A stretch of DNA of 64,000 bases from Eledone cirrhosa (lineage: Eukaryota): positions 353,400,001 through 353,464,000 of the forward strand of contig OZ024743.1 in assembly GCA_964016885.1 (NCBI GenBank), read 5' to 3'. A model generated the notes under the pieces. It was not told the origin of the DNA. It did not search any database and saw only the letters and a program-made list of their open reading frames with translations. The position numbers and the translations under genes were made by a program. Below, piece after piece: positions 63,892 to 64,000 of this stretch. The first letter of the stretch is position 1. Every line of letters starts with the position of its first letter.

Positions 63892-64000
63892 AGTACATTA
63901 AGTGTTTTTTGAAAAGTTTTATTTGATCGAAAACCACGACGCTTTTTCGTTTCACAAGCAGTGACTTTCTGAACGTGGCTGATGAACAAAATCAACTCGC

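Larger units (their letters stand above)
8862..64000 (+). repeat. Tandem tRNA-Trp gene array, ~1.9-2.2-kb units, continues past the window end
   Basis: Type-A tRNA starts spaced 1865/1886/2205/2226 bp in the core; the same spacer recurs throughout. Confidence 0.98.

Overview
Eukaryotic (animal) genomic DNA with no credible protein-coding gene. A mollusc/cephalopod source such as Octopus is inferred only from a SINE I recall, so it is uncertain. The whole window is a tRNA-Trp(CCA) locus with every copy on the + strand. Positions 1-8.9 kb are an old, decayed part. It holds a 38-bp minisatellite built from the 5' half of tRNA-Trp, 3 intact and 3 degenerate tRNA-Trp genes, SINEs, an RTE-type and a CRE-type LINE relic, and microsatellites. 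From about 8.86 kb to the window end is a tandem array with 41 full-length and 10 truncated tRNA-Trp copies. Its ~2.2-kb unit is a dimer of a ~730-bp tRNA monomer, and one monomer carries a ~700-bp 5'-truncated CRE-clade retrotransposon fragment encoding the restriction-like endonuclease tail (27 copies). The centre (13-41.7 kb) is a homogenised higher-order repeat of 1886-bp and 2205-bp units (4091-bp period). There, the second tRNA is always either truncated with a CCA->CAA anticodon change or carries a C3:A70 mismatch. The array edges are diverged mosaics with deletions.
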